Positions 9,515 to 18,036 of a DNA stretch of 64,000 nucleotides are shown one piece after another; the stretch's first letter is position 1; every line of letters starts with the position of its first letter. The notes beneath the pieces were generated by a model. It did no database searches, was not told the DNA's origin, and saw only the letters and a program-made list of their open reading frames with translations. Origin of the DNA: an uncultured Alphaproteobacteria bacterium (GTDB taxonomy: Bacteria; Pseudomonadota; Alphaproteobacteria; RF32; CAG-239). Made by a program: the position numbers and the translations under genes. The stretch spans positions 18,664 through 82,663 of the forward strand of contig CAKQMD010000004.1 in NCBI GenBank assembly GCA_934254925.1, written 5' to 3'.

Positions 9515-9787
9515 GTGAATAAAAATGAATTGATTTCTAGCATTGCTAGCGAAACCGGCCTTACCAAAACTGATTCGGCAAAGGCTTTGGATGCATTTGT
9601 AAGCTCTATTACCAATGCTTTGAAGAAAGGTGACGAAGTTCGTCTGGTTGGCTTTGGTACTTTTGCCGTTTCTAAGCGTTCTGCTACGACCGGCCGCAAT
9701 CCTCGTACCGGTGCCGCTATTAAAATTCCGGCCCGCAAACAGGCTAAGTTCAAAGCTGGTAAAGCTCTGCAAGACTCTGTAAACTAA
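9515..9787 (+). CDS. hupB: HU family DNA-binding protein
   Basis: MNKNELISSIA...RNPRTGAAIKIPARKQAKFKAGKAL. GTG start at 9515 preceded by AGGGAG. Confidence 0.9.
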   Translation: MNKNELISSIASETGLTKTDSAKALDAFVSSITNALKKGDEVRLVGFGTFAVSKRSATTGRNPRTGAAIKIPARKQAKFKAGKALQDSVN

Positions 9788-9797
9788 TTATAAGTAA

Positions 9798-9875
9798 GGG
9801 ACGGTTTTCCGTCCCTTGTTTTACAGTGTTCTTATTTCTAAAAAAACGAAACTCAGAATGGGTTTCGTTTTTTTA
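9798..9875 (+). terminator. Two tandem rho-independent terminators after hupB
   Basis: Hairpin GGGACGG/CCGTCCC plus a T-run, then AACGAAAC/GTTTCGTT plus TTTTT. Both are flanked by A-runs and could act in either direction. Confidence 0.6.
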
Positions 9876-9945
9876 TGGGTAGAAAATTGAAGCAAAAAAT
9901 GTTATTCTGTTTATCAGAAACGTCTTATTATGGGAGTAGGGCAAT

Positions 9946-10590
9946 ATGGCGGAGATGAATTTGGCATCTGTTTGGCAGAAGATTGCGGCCATTGAGGCGC
10001 TGATCGACAAATGCCGTGCCGACAATTACGGATCCGTTTCGGCCGCAGACCGTGCCGAGATTAAGCCTGTCATGGATTTTCTGGTGTTGCACTATGGGGA
10101 AAATCCGGCGGCGCGGGAGCTTTGCAACAGGTTGATTTCGCGGATGAATATTGCAGACCTGCCGTTGAATCGTGAAATTGAAAAAAGTTTTGACCTTAAA
10201 ACCTCTTTGCTTGATAAGATAAATAAAAATTCTGATTTTAGCGATGAAGACAAAAAAAATTTTGCGACTTTGCTCAGAGACGAAGAGGTTTCTTATTCGC
10301 CGAACAAAAAACAGCTCTACGTTTCTTATAACTATCTTGAAAATGAAGATGAAACGGCAAAAATGCGGAAAAAAACAGAGCAGATTTTGGATCACCTGCT
10401 AAGTGCCGACGGATACGGCAATCGGCAATTGGCCGCTATGCTGCAGGATACCCCGGTGCAGCTTCGTTTTACCGACGGGAAGAGTTTTGACGGAGAAATG
10501 TCGGTTCGGTATGAGGAAGGCAAGCCTGTTCCGGTGTTGACGCTCAACCAGGGAGCTTTTCAGGCGGGGGATGACGCTTTGGCAATGTGA
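9946..10590 (+). pseudogene. N-terminal portion of a frameshifted M48-like zinc metalloprotease
   Basis: 214-aa ORF ends in an ATGTGA overlap with the next ORF. The next ORF begins exactly at an HExxH motif, which implies this is one gene split by a frameshift. Confidence 0.45.
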
Positions 10591-11690
10591 TTTCTCATGA
10601 ATTGGGGCATTTTATTGATTTGAGCGCTCACCCGCAGGGGTATCAGGGGTGTTTCCTTCAGGGAGGAGAACATTTTGCAGATTTGCAGGGATATAAGATA
10701 TGTTCCAATGCCGGTTATGATCCGCAGGATTATGTTCGTTTTCTTAAAACAAAAAAGCATCCGTTTTTGCAAAAAAGAAGCGCCGTTTTGGACAGTCTTG
10801 CCAAAGATTCGGCTGATTTGTTTTGCCGAAAGACGCTCAGGTATACCGCGGATTTGTACGATAAGGTTGAAAAAGTGTCGGCCTCGATGATGCAATTGGT
10901 TGAAAAAAGGCCTTTCCCTGTCAATTATAACGAGGCGCTGGCTTATATTGTCCAAAAAGGCAAAGCCGAAGATCAGTTGGCAGCGGCGGAATTTTTGAAT
11001 AAGACCGTCGACGATGAATTTCGGTTTGCGGTGAATGAGGGAAAAGCCGTGCAGGATGACAAGGAGGCGTTTACGCGTAGATATGTTGCTCATTTGGCCA
11101 AGGAAGCTTTGCAGCAGAAATTTATGGAGCAATATATGGATGCGGATTACAACATTCGTTTTGATCCTGCGCTTAACCGTGGTTATTGCACCGTGGCGTT
11201 GATGAAAGTTTTGGAAAAAGCTGACGATGCCGGTGTTTTGAAAAGCGTTTTGCCCAAGGATAAAGAGCTGCCCAAGGATAAAGAGCTTTCCATGCATCCT
11301 AAGTCGTTGATTGAGCATTTGCAGCATGTGTCCGGCGGCAAATACGGAAATTGCGTGCATCATACGGGCAAGGGGCAGTCGCTGGACGAGTTGATAGAAG
11401 AAAAGAACATTCGTCCCGGCGCGATTGTGGTTTTGACGATGCAAACGGAAGAAAACGAGGTTTCCGATTTGAACGGGCATAACCATGAAGTTATTTATAG
11501 CGGAAAGAATCCGGAAACCGGAAAGGCTGAATTTACCAGTTTCAACAACGAGCGGGAAAAGTGGCAGAGCGACCGTTTCCGCTTTGGTTATGTCATTGAC
11601 ACTTATCGGTTGTTTAAACAGGCTGAAGCAGAACAAAAACGCTTCAGGAGCTTCATGCAGCAGAAGACGGCAGGTGCCGAGATGTCTTAA
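10587..11690 (+). pseudogene. C-terminal portion of the frameshifted M48-like metalloprotease (HELGH + ExxxD), with a KDKELP tandem repeat
   Basis: Starts VISHELGHFIDL...GGEHFADLQGYKICSNAGYDPQDYVRFLKT, which matches the M48/HtpX active site (HExxH ... EFHAD ... g.p..l..AL.KL). LPKDKELPKDKELS repeat present. Confidence 0.5.
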
Positions 11691-12352
11691 GCGGCAGCGG
11701 CAAGCAGGTGTTTGGGAACAATCAGGTCCGCTTCAACCGTCGAGGTAACGTCTTCCAAGGAAAAGAAAGGGTTAATTTCTTCCAAAAGCAGGCCTTCCGG
11801 CGTGACTTTCAAAACACAGCGTTCGGTGACGATCAGGTCGACTTCATGGGCAGCGGTAAGAGGAAGCGTGCATTTTTTTAGGATTTTGACTTGGTTTTTG
11901 CTCAGGTGCTCCATGGCGACGATGACTTTTCGCGCGCCGACGATCAGATCCATGGCGCCGCCCATGCCCGGAACAAAAACGCCGGGAACCATCCAGTTGG
12001 CAATGTTTCCTTCCTGGTCAACCTGCAGGGCGCCCAGAACCGTGGCGTTAATATGGCCGCCGCGAATCATGGTGAACGAGGTTACCGTGTCAAAGAAAAC
12101 GGCGCCGGGTTTGGTTTTTACGGGAATGCCGCCGGCATTGGTGATTTTGGGGTTAACTTCATCGGGGGACGGTTTGCCGCCGACGCCGATTAATCCGTTT
12201 TCGGAATGAATCATCAAATGAACAGAAGGGGGAACGTAGTTGGCGACTTCCGTCGGCAGGCCGATGCCTAAGGTAACATAATCTCCTTCATGCAATTCGC
12301 GGGCGACGCGTTTGGCAATAAATTCTCTGATTTGTTCTTTGCTTAATTCCAT
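11687..12352 (-). CDS. scoB: Succinyl-CoA:3-ketoacid CoA-transferase subunit B
   Basis: 221 aa, SENGLIGVGG motif, overlaps the upstream subunit A gene arrangement. Confidence 0.85.
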   Translation of the reverse strand: MELSKEQIREFIAKRVARELHEGDYVTLGIGLPTEVANYVPPSVHLMIHSENGLIGVGGKPSPDEVNPKITNAGGIPVKTKPGAVFFDTVTSFTMIRGGHINATVLGALQVDQEGNIANWMVPGVFVPGMGGAMDLIVGARKVIVAMEHLSKNQVKILKKCTLPLTAAHEVDLIVTERCVLKVTPEGLLLEEINPFFSLEDVTSTVEADLIVPKHLLAAAA

Positions 12353-12356
12353 TTTC

Positions 12357-13001
12357 TTATCCTGCTACAATATAATCGACGAAGATGCCGGGAATGGTTA
12401 TGACGTTGGGATCCAGGCAATCTTCAACCAGCTGTTCGGTTTCGACGATAACGGTTTTTGCGGCCGTGGCCATGACGGTGTTGAAGTTTCTGGTGGTTCC
12501 TTCGAGGTAGACGTTGCCGAATTTATCGGCTTTTGTGCCATAAATAACGGCGACATCGGCGGTTAAGGGCTTTTCCAAAATGTATTTCCGACCGTCGACC
12601 TCCATGGTTTGTTTGCCCTCTTCAACAATGGTTCCGACACCGGTGGGTGTTAAAAAGCCTCCCAGACCGGCGCCGCCGGCGCGGATTCTTTCCGCCAGAG
12701 TTCCCAGGGGAACGAGTTCAACCTCCAGTTCTCCGTCATGAAATTGACGTCCGGTTTCGGGATTGGTGCCGATATGCGTGACGATTATTTTTTTTAAGCG
12801 TTTGGCGACAACCAGTTTTCCGCGATCGCTGTGTGGAAAGGAGGTGTCATTGGCAATCAGGGTTAGGTTATCCGTTCCGGCAGCCAAAATTTCTTCAATA
12901 ATTTTGGTCGGCGTGCCGCATTGCAGGAATCCTCCGATCATAATCGATGAACCACTGACAATCAGTTTCCCGGCTTCGGCAGCTGTGATGATTTTTTTCA
13001 A
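12357..13001 (-). CDS. scoA: Succinyl-CoA:3-ketoacid CoA-transferase subunit A
   Basis: GSSIMIGGF motif. Proposed TTG start at 13001 (AAGGA 7 nt upstream) gives MKKIITAAEAGKLIVSGSSIMIGGF, colinear with E. coli AtoD. The longer ORF to 13103 has an unlikely N-terminus. Confidence 0.75.
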   Translation of the reverse strand: MKKIITAAEAGKLIVSGSSIMIGGFLQCGTPTKIIEEILAAGTDNLTLIANDTSFPHSDRGKLVVAKRLKKIIVTHIGTNPETGRQFHDGELEVELVPLGTLAERIRAGGAGLGGFLTPTGVGTIVEEGKQTMEVDGRKYILEKPLTADVAVIYGTKADKFGNVYLEGTTRNFNTVMATAAKTVIVETEQLVEDCLDPNVITIPGIFVDYIVAG

Positions 13002-13150
13002 TCGTGCATCCTTTTTTGATTGTTCGGCAGCCAATGTAACAAAAAAAACTGAAAAAGTACAGCTTTTTATCTTCAAAACAGAAAATTTTGAGGAAAAATA
13101 CAAATAATTTTAAGTAAAAACAATATATTGCGTTGATTTGTAAAAAATGC

Positions 13151-13179
13151 TTGATTAATTGTTTTTATGAGTGTATAAA
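13151..13179 (+). promoter_or_regulatory. Sigma-70-like promoter for tRNA-Val
   Basis: TTGATT-N17-TATAAA, ending 16 nt before the tRNA 5' end. Confidence 0.4.
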
Positions 13180-13195
13180 CTCATTCGTGGTTGTC

Positions 13196-13272
13196 GGGCG
13201 TTTAGCTCAGCTGGTCAGAGCATCTCGTTTACACCGAGAGGGTCGGGAGTTCGAATCTCTCAACGCCCACCA
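13196..13272 (+). tRNA. tRNA-Val (anticodon TAC)
   Basis: Cloverleaf by eye: acceptor GGGCGTT/AACGCCC, anticodon loop TTTACAC, T-loop TTCGAAT, CCA encoded. Confidence 0.85.
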
Positions 13273-13300
13273 AAAAAGCACCTTTGGGTGCTTTTTTTAT
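13273..13300. terminator. Bidirectional rho-independent terminator
   Basis: AAAAAAGCACC-TTT-GGGTGCTTTTTTT: palindromic hairpin with an A-run on one side and a T-run on the other. Confidence 0.7.
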
Positions 13301-13376
13301 TGTGGAAGTAGAGATTTGAACTCCCGGGAAGGGAGTTCGACTACCAGCGAGAGGCGGGCGGGAGCACGCCGGTCAG
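13301..13376. repeat. 77-bp palindrome-containing repeat element, copy A, immediately 3' of tRNA-Val
   Basis: About 85% identical to 57194..57270. Contains a perfect 8-bp-stem hairpin, GAACTCCC-loop-GGGAGTTC. Minus-strand reading GGGAGTTCAAATCTCT resembles the T-arm of the adjacent tRNA-Val (GGGAGTTCGAATCTCT). Confidence 0.7.
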
Positions 13377-13765
13377 GACTGCTGCGGACAAGATTGAACT
13401 TGCTTTAGGACATAATGATCGGACAAAGCGCCGGTAATCGGTTGTTTCTCCATGTCCAGTCTTCTGATTTGCTTGTCTTCCAAGCGATACCAGGTGATTT
13501 CGTCCTGAGGGTCATCCGGCGTCAGTTCCAGCAATTGGCCTTCAATTCGGTATTCGCCTGATTCATCAAACCTGCCGTCGGCCTGGTCAATGTAAACGAT
13601 GGTTTGGTGGTAGGCATGATTTGTTTGGAAGCGGATGGTGGTCTCAATTCCCGGTCCGTCGGCGGCCGGGAGAATGCCTCGGTAGGTTCCGCAAAGGTCA
13701 TTATGATGGTGAAAGCAAGCCGTGAGTGCTAAAAAAGCCAATAAAGCCAAAGGTTTTGCCGACAT
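13373..13765 (-). CDS. NlpE N-terminal-domain lipoprotein
   Basis: Signal peptide with lipobox LTAC; GTYRGILPAADGPGIETTIRF matches the NlpE N-domain pattern GxYxGxLPxADxxGIxT. Confidence 0.65.
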   Translation of the reverse strand: MSAKPLALLAFLALTACFHHHNDLCGTYRGILPAADGPGIETTIRFQTNHAYHQTIVYIDQADGRFDESGEYRIEGQLLELTPDDPQDEITWYRLEDKQIRRLDMEKQPITGALSDHYVLKQVQSCPQQS

Positions 13766-13880
13766 CTTTTTTCTCCAACAGTTTTAATCTTTACTTAATA
13801 TAATTTAAAACTTGTAAAAAAATAGTTGTCGTTTATAAATAAATGATAAAATTTCATTTTATGAAAATTGAGAAAAGCTT

Positions 13881-14621
13881 ATGCAGAAAAGAAAAATTGT
13901 CGGGGTTGCAGTTGTCGTGGCTTTGTCAGCCGCTTTGGTTTATGACATGGTGTTTAATTTTGTCGATTGGCGGACGGCGGATCGCAGCAGCGCCGGGATT
14001 GCTCCGGCGGCTTCTCAAGTCAGCGAAGCCGTTGTTCAGGTTTATGCCGCACGGACATATAACTGGCGCGGTTATTTTGCCGTGCATTCCTGGATTGCGG
14101 TTAAACCGAAAGATGCCAAGGACTACACGACTTATCAGGTGATGGGATTTTATTTGCGGCGCAATGGAACGGCCGTGGTGATTCAACAGGATTTGCCGGA
14201 TCGTCGCTGGTACGGCGCTGAACCGGAATTGCTGGGCGAGTTGCGCGGCGAAGCGGCTGAAAAGGCTATTCCTAAAATTGACGCCGCAGCCAAGAGCTAT
14301 CCTTATGCGCATATGTATCAGGCTTATCCGGGGCCGAACAGCAATACTTTTATTTCTTATATCTTGCGGCAGGTGCCGGAATTGAAAACGGATTTGCCGC
14401 CTCATGCCATCGGCAAAGACTTTATCGGTTATAAGCAATTTATTGCGCCGACGGAGAGCGGAACAGGTTATCAGTTTTCCCTGTGGGGAATTTTCGGGAT
14501 CGCCTTGGGGATTGAGGAAGGCATTGAAATCAACGTTTTGGGCCTGAATTTTGGAATTGATTTTGTTAATCCGGCGTTGAAACTGCCGTTTGTCGGGCGT
14601 TTGGGAATGAATAAGCTATAG
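13881..14621 (+). CDS. Conserved hypothetical protein with N-terminal membrane anchor (possibly DUF3750-like)
   Basis: 246-aa ORF with a hydrophobic N-terminus and plausible codon usage. The family assignment is from memory only. Confidence 0.5.
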   Translation: MQKRKIVGVAVVVALSAALVYDMVFNFVDWRTADRSSAGIAPAASQVSEAVVQVYAARTYNWRGYFAVHSWIAVKPKDAKDYTTYQVMGFYLRRNGTAVVIQQDLPDRRWYGAEPELLGELRGEAAEKAIPKIDAAAKSYPYAHMYQAYPGPNSNTFISYILRQVPELKTDLPPHAIGKDFIGYKQFIAPTESGTGYQFSLWGIFGIALGIEEGIEINVLGLNFGIDFVNPALKLPFVGRLGMNKL

Positions 14622-14624
14622 TTA

Positions 14625-15344
14625 TCATCCTTTTGTGGTGGCGGCCAACAGCTTTTCAACAAACTGTGGTAGAGTTGTCCCTGCTTTGCCGTAGACGTGT
14701 TTGTCAAAATACCAGTTGTTTGATGTTTGTTCCAGATTAAATTCATAAGTGTCGGCACCGTTTAGCTTGGCTATCTGCACAAAGCCTGCGGCCGGAAAAA
14801 CGACGCCGGAGGTGCCGACGGAGAGAAAAAGGTCGCAGTTTTGCAAGAGACGCTCAACTTGAGCCATGTAGAGCAAATTTTCGCCGAAAAAGACGATGTT
14901 GGGCTTCATCATGCCCATGATTTGACAATGCGGACAGACGGTTTCCGTAGTGACGTCGCCGTAACTTTTCAGGATTTGTCCGCAATTGAGGCAGACGGCT
15001 TGGTCGATTTGTCCGTGAATATGGATGACGTTTTTGTTTCCGGCTTTTTCATGCAATGTATCGACGTTTTGAGTGACAATGCTTATTTCTGCCAGATAAT
15101 CTTTTTGTAACCGAGTCAGGCACAAATGTGCCGGATTGGGCTTAGCCTTTTGAAGGAGCGGTTTGAGTTCGTTGTAAAAGGTATGCACGTATTCGGGATT
15201 GCGCTGAAATGCCTCAATGGTTGCCACATCTTGAACCGGATGATTGTTCCACAGGCCGTTGGAGCTCCGAAATGTTGCAAGGCCGGATTCTTCGGAAATT
15301 CCGGCACCGGTTAAGACAACGATGTGTTTATAGGCTTTTGGCAT
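14625..15344 (-). CDS. cobB: NAD-dependent protein deacylase (Sir2/CobB family)
   Basis: VVLTGAGISEESGLATFR NAD-binding motif and Zn-binding cysteines CLNCG...CPHC. Confidence 0.85.
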   Translation of the reverse strand: MPKAYKHIVVLTGAGISEESGLATFRSSNGLWNNHPVQDVATIEAFQRNPEYVHTFYNELKPLLQKAKPNPAHLCLTRLQKDYLAEISIVTQNVDTLHEKAGNKNVIHIHGQIDQAVCLNCGQILKSYGDVTTETVCPHCQIMGMMKPNIVFFGENLLYMAQVERLLQNCDLFLSVGTSGVVFPAAGFVQIAKLNGADTYEFNLEQTSNNWYFDKHVYGKAGTTLPQFVEKLLAATTKG

Positions 15345-15483
15345 TTTTTCTTTCCTCAGACAGAAATTAAATCGTTTTGATTAAAAATCTCCTAAGATTC
15401 TGTGCGTATGTTTTTTATTATGTTTTATTTTGTCTGATGGTGTTTTAGACTGGTTTTGTCAATTGTTAGAGGTGGAGAAAACC

Positions 15484-15955
15484 GTGTTTGATAATTTTTT
15501 GAATTTTTGGAATTTGCGTAAAGCCTTGAAAATTGAAGGAAAAGGAAACACTTTTAAGGCGGAAGGCTTGGTGAAGCATTGCCACAATTCTCAATTTAAG
15601 ATTCGAGGTAAGGGAAATGAAGTCTTATGCGGAGAAGGGGGGGGATCTTTCCTGTTTTAGTTTGAAAATAGAAGGTAATCATAATAAAGTGATTATCGGT
15701 AAGAGATTTCGCGGCAAAAGGGTGACTCTTTTGCTGAAAGGAAGCGGTCATTTGATTGAAATCGGCGATCACGTATGGTTGGGAATGAATGTTTTTGTCG
15801 GCAAAAATTCGGAGATTGCGGACAATTCCGTTGTCGGCTGGGGCAGTGTCGTGACGCGCAAGTTTAAGGAAAAAGGCATTGTTATTGCTGGGAATCCGGC
15901 GGTTAAGGTCAAAGAAAACATCAATTGGAGTCGGCGACGGCCGACCAGAGACTAG
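15484..15955 (+). pseudogene. Hexapeptide-repeat (LbH) acetyltransferase interrupted by a frameshift at a G8 homopolymer; phase-variation candidate
   Basis: G8 tract at 15637..15644. Frame-1 ORF (GTG 15484, SD AGGTGGAG) ends at 15660; the frame-2 ORF continues to 15955. With G7 the read is a continuous 157-aa protein with regular LKIEGKGN / FKIRGKGN / LKIEGNHN repeats and a C-terminal hexapeptide-acyltransferase signature. Confidence 0.7.
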
Positions 15956-15968
15956 CGGAGGAGAGGGG

Positions 15969-16898
15969 ATGTTTTGGCAAAAATGGTTTATGCCCAAGGC
16001 TTATGACGAAGGGTATTTGCCGAAAATCGGCCTGCATGAGGTTTATTATGCGCAATACGGAAATCCTCGGGGAAAACCGGTTTTGGTTTGTCACGGCGGA
16101 CCGGGCGGTTCTTCCGGCGCGCATAAGGCCAAAAGATTTGATTTGGGACGCTACCGCGTTATTATGATTGATCAGCGCGGGGCCGGAAAATCTTTTCCGA
16201 CGGGTGAGATTCGTGAAAATACGACGCAGGATTTGTTGTTTGACATGGAAAGGCTGTCAGTACATTTGGGGCTGGAGCAAAAAATCATTTTATGCGGCGA
16301 TTCTTGGGGATCGACTTTGGCGTTGTTATTTGCGGAAAAACATCCTGAAAAGACAGAAGCCTTACTCTTATCCAAGATTTTTCTGGCGGACAAAACGGCG
16401 GTTCAATGGGCGGAAAACGAATGCGGACAACTTTTTTATCCAGATTTTTATGAAGATCTGCAACGAGATGTTCCTTCCGGGATGAGCGCTGCAGCTTATT
16501 ATGCGCGAAAACTTGACGAGGATGATGCGCAAGAACAAGCGCTTGCCGTTGGCAAGTATGGAAAATTTGAAAGAATTTTAGGCTCATTGCAGCCGCAATG
16601 GACTTTAAGCTCGGTTGTCGATCCTTATGAGGCGGCAATGGTTAAAATTTATGCGCATTATGCTCAAAACGGATATTTTCTCGAAAATGAGGAAATTATG
16701 AAAAATGTTCATACGCTTGAGAAAATACCGACGTTGCTGGTCCATAACCGTTTGGACATGCTGTGTCCGCCGATCGGTGCTTGGGAACTGCACAAAAAGT
16801 TACCGTTGTCCAAATTGGTTTTTGTCGGCGAATTGGGACATGTCGGGCCTAAAATCACCCAGATTCTGAAAAAAGAAATCGGAGCGTTTTTGAAATGA
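15969..16898 (+). CDS. pip: Proline iminopeptidase (alpha/beta hydrolase)
   Basis: VCHGGPGGSSGAH, nucleophile elbow GDSWGS. ATG at 15969 follows GGAGGAGAGGGG. Confidence 0.85.
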   Translation: MFWQKWFMPKAYDEGYLPKIGLHEVYYAQYGNPRGKPVLVCHGGPGGSSGAHKAKRFDLGRYRVIMIDQRGAGKSFPTGEIRENTTQDLLFDMERLSVHLGLEQKIILCGDSWGSTLALLFAEKHPEKTEALLLSKIFLADKTAVQWAENECGQLFYPDFYEDLQRDVPSGMSAAAYYARKLDEDDAQEQALAVGKYGKFERILGSLQPQWTLSSVVDPYEAAMVKIYAHYAQNGYFLENEEIMKNVHTLEKIPTLLVHNRLDMLCPPIGAWELHKKLPLSKLVFVGELGHVGPKITQILKKEIGAFLK

Positions 16899-17149
16899 CG
16901 GATGATGCCGATAAACGAGAGTTGGAAGAAGCGCATCGGATTTTGTTGTCCTTGTATCGGGAATACGCCAAGCTGTATATTAATGAGAAAATGCCGCCGG
17001 AAGATAAAGACTATTATAAAGGTCGGATGCAAGAAATCAAAAATGATTTGAGAAGTTTCAACGCCGCGACAATTATTTTTAAAGCCGTAACCGTTTATAA
17101 AGCCAAACTGGATGCTATGAGCAAACATGGTGATTTTGATCCTTTCTGA
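16895..17149 (+). CDS. Small hypothetical protein, 84 aa, translationally coupled to pip by an ATGA overlap
   Basis: ORF overlaps the pip stop by 4 nt. Charged helical composition, no recognised motif. Confidence 0.4.
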   Translation: MTDDADKRELEEAHRILLSLYREYAKLYINEKMPPEDKDYYKGRMQEIKNDLRSFNAATIIFKAVTVYKAKLDAMSKHGDFDPF

Positions 17150-17607
17150 ATAAAACATCATTTTGGAGCCATAATATATATTATGCGACAAAATTGATAT
17201 AGGAAAAATGGGCTTCCCTTCCATTTTAATCGTAAAATCAAGGTGGTATCCGTTTTGTCAAAGGTTAACAAAACTTGGCCGTTATCACCGCTTTATTATT
17301 CAGACGGTTTTCTTGTTGACAATAAGATTGATGTCAACGGCTTTTGCGGGCAAATAAATAGTTTCGGCTAACGCAATCGTTTCGAACTCTATTCTTCCAG
17401 CCTCCAAGTCTGGCTGGTTCTACGTTTGGTTTGGTTGCGCAGACCGTGTTGTCTTCAGGGCAAAAAACTCTTTGTCAAGGAATTGATCAGGGAAAGCTTG
17501 CTAAAACAAATTTACGGGAACGCATTTTAAGACGAGCAAAGCCCTTTGGAATTTTGCTTATTTCTTGCCGTGTCTTAATGCCCTTTTCTGCCGAGGCTTT
17601 GACGCTT

Positions 17608-17952
17608 TTATTTATTGACGAGGAGTTTGATGAAGTTTAAGACATAAACAATGCTCAAGAAAGCTAATATGCGCGACAATAAGGGCATCAGCGTTACGCT
17701 GCCGCCGTAAAGAAACATTTGCAGGAAAAGTGCCAAAATGACGGCAGCCACAATGTTGTAAAGCCAATATCTTTTGCTGCCCATGAAAATGAAGGCGCAG
17801 ACTGCCGCTCCTATTGCCAAATACATTTCGCTTAGCTTGGATAATGTTCCGTAAGTCAGGGTTTTGACAAAGGCGATGTTAAAGACAAAACCGGCGGCAA
17901 TGATTAAGGATGTGGCGATTAATATGCTGATATAGGCTGATTTTTTACTCAT
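17608..17952 (-). CDS. Hypothetical small membrane protein with 4 predicted TM helices
   Basis: ATG at 17952 preceded by GAGGAGGGA; strongly hydrophobic. Confidence 0.55.
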   Translation of the reverse strand: MSKKSAYISILIATSLIIAAGFVFNIAFVKTLTYGTLSKLSEMYLAIGAAVCAFIFMGSKRYWLYNIVAAVILALFLQMFLYGGSVTLMPLLSRILAFLSIVYVLNFIKLLVNK

Positions 17953-18036
17953 AGTCCCTCCTCTTTTTTTTAGATGTCGCAACTATAGCAAAGTTCTTGG
18001 CGCAAAGGAAGAAAGTTTCGGTTTAATCCACCGAAA

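Noticed and set aside
10570-10590. Programmed ribosomal frameshift joining the two metalloprotease ORFs
   Set aside because: No X-XXY-YYZ slippery heptamer and no downstream pseudoknot-like structure are visible at the junction. A simple indel, either a pseudogene or a sequencing error, is more likely.
10560-11636. 358-aa minus-strand ORF
   Set aside because: It is antisense to the metalloprotease-like ORFs and has no motifs. It is a shadow ORF.
13301-13376. Idea that the 77-bp element is the acceptor piece of a permuted alphaproteobacterial tmRNA
   Set aside because: Two diverged copies exist next to different tRNAs. The 3' end lacks a proper 7-bp acceptor strand plus CCA. No tag-peptide reading frame (ANDN...) lies nearby.
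13133-13408. 91-aa plus-strand ORF
   Set aside because: It runs straight through tRNA-Val, its terminator and repeat element A, so it is not a real CDS.
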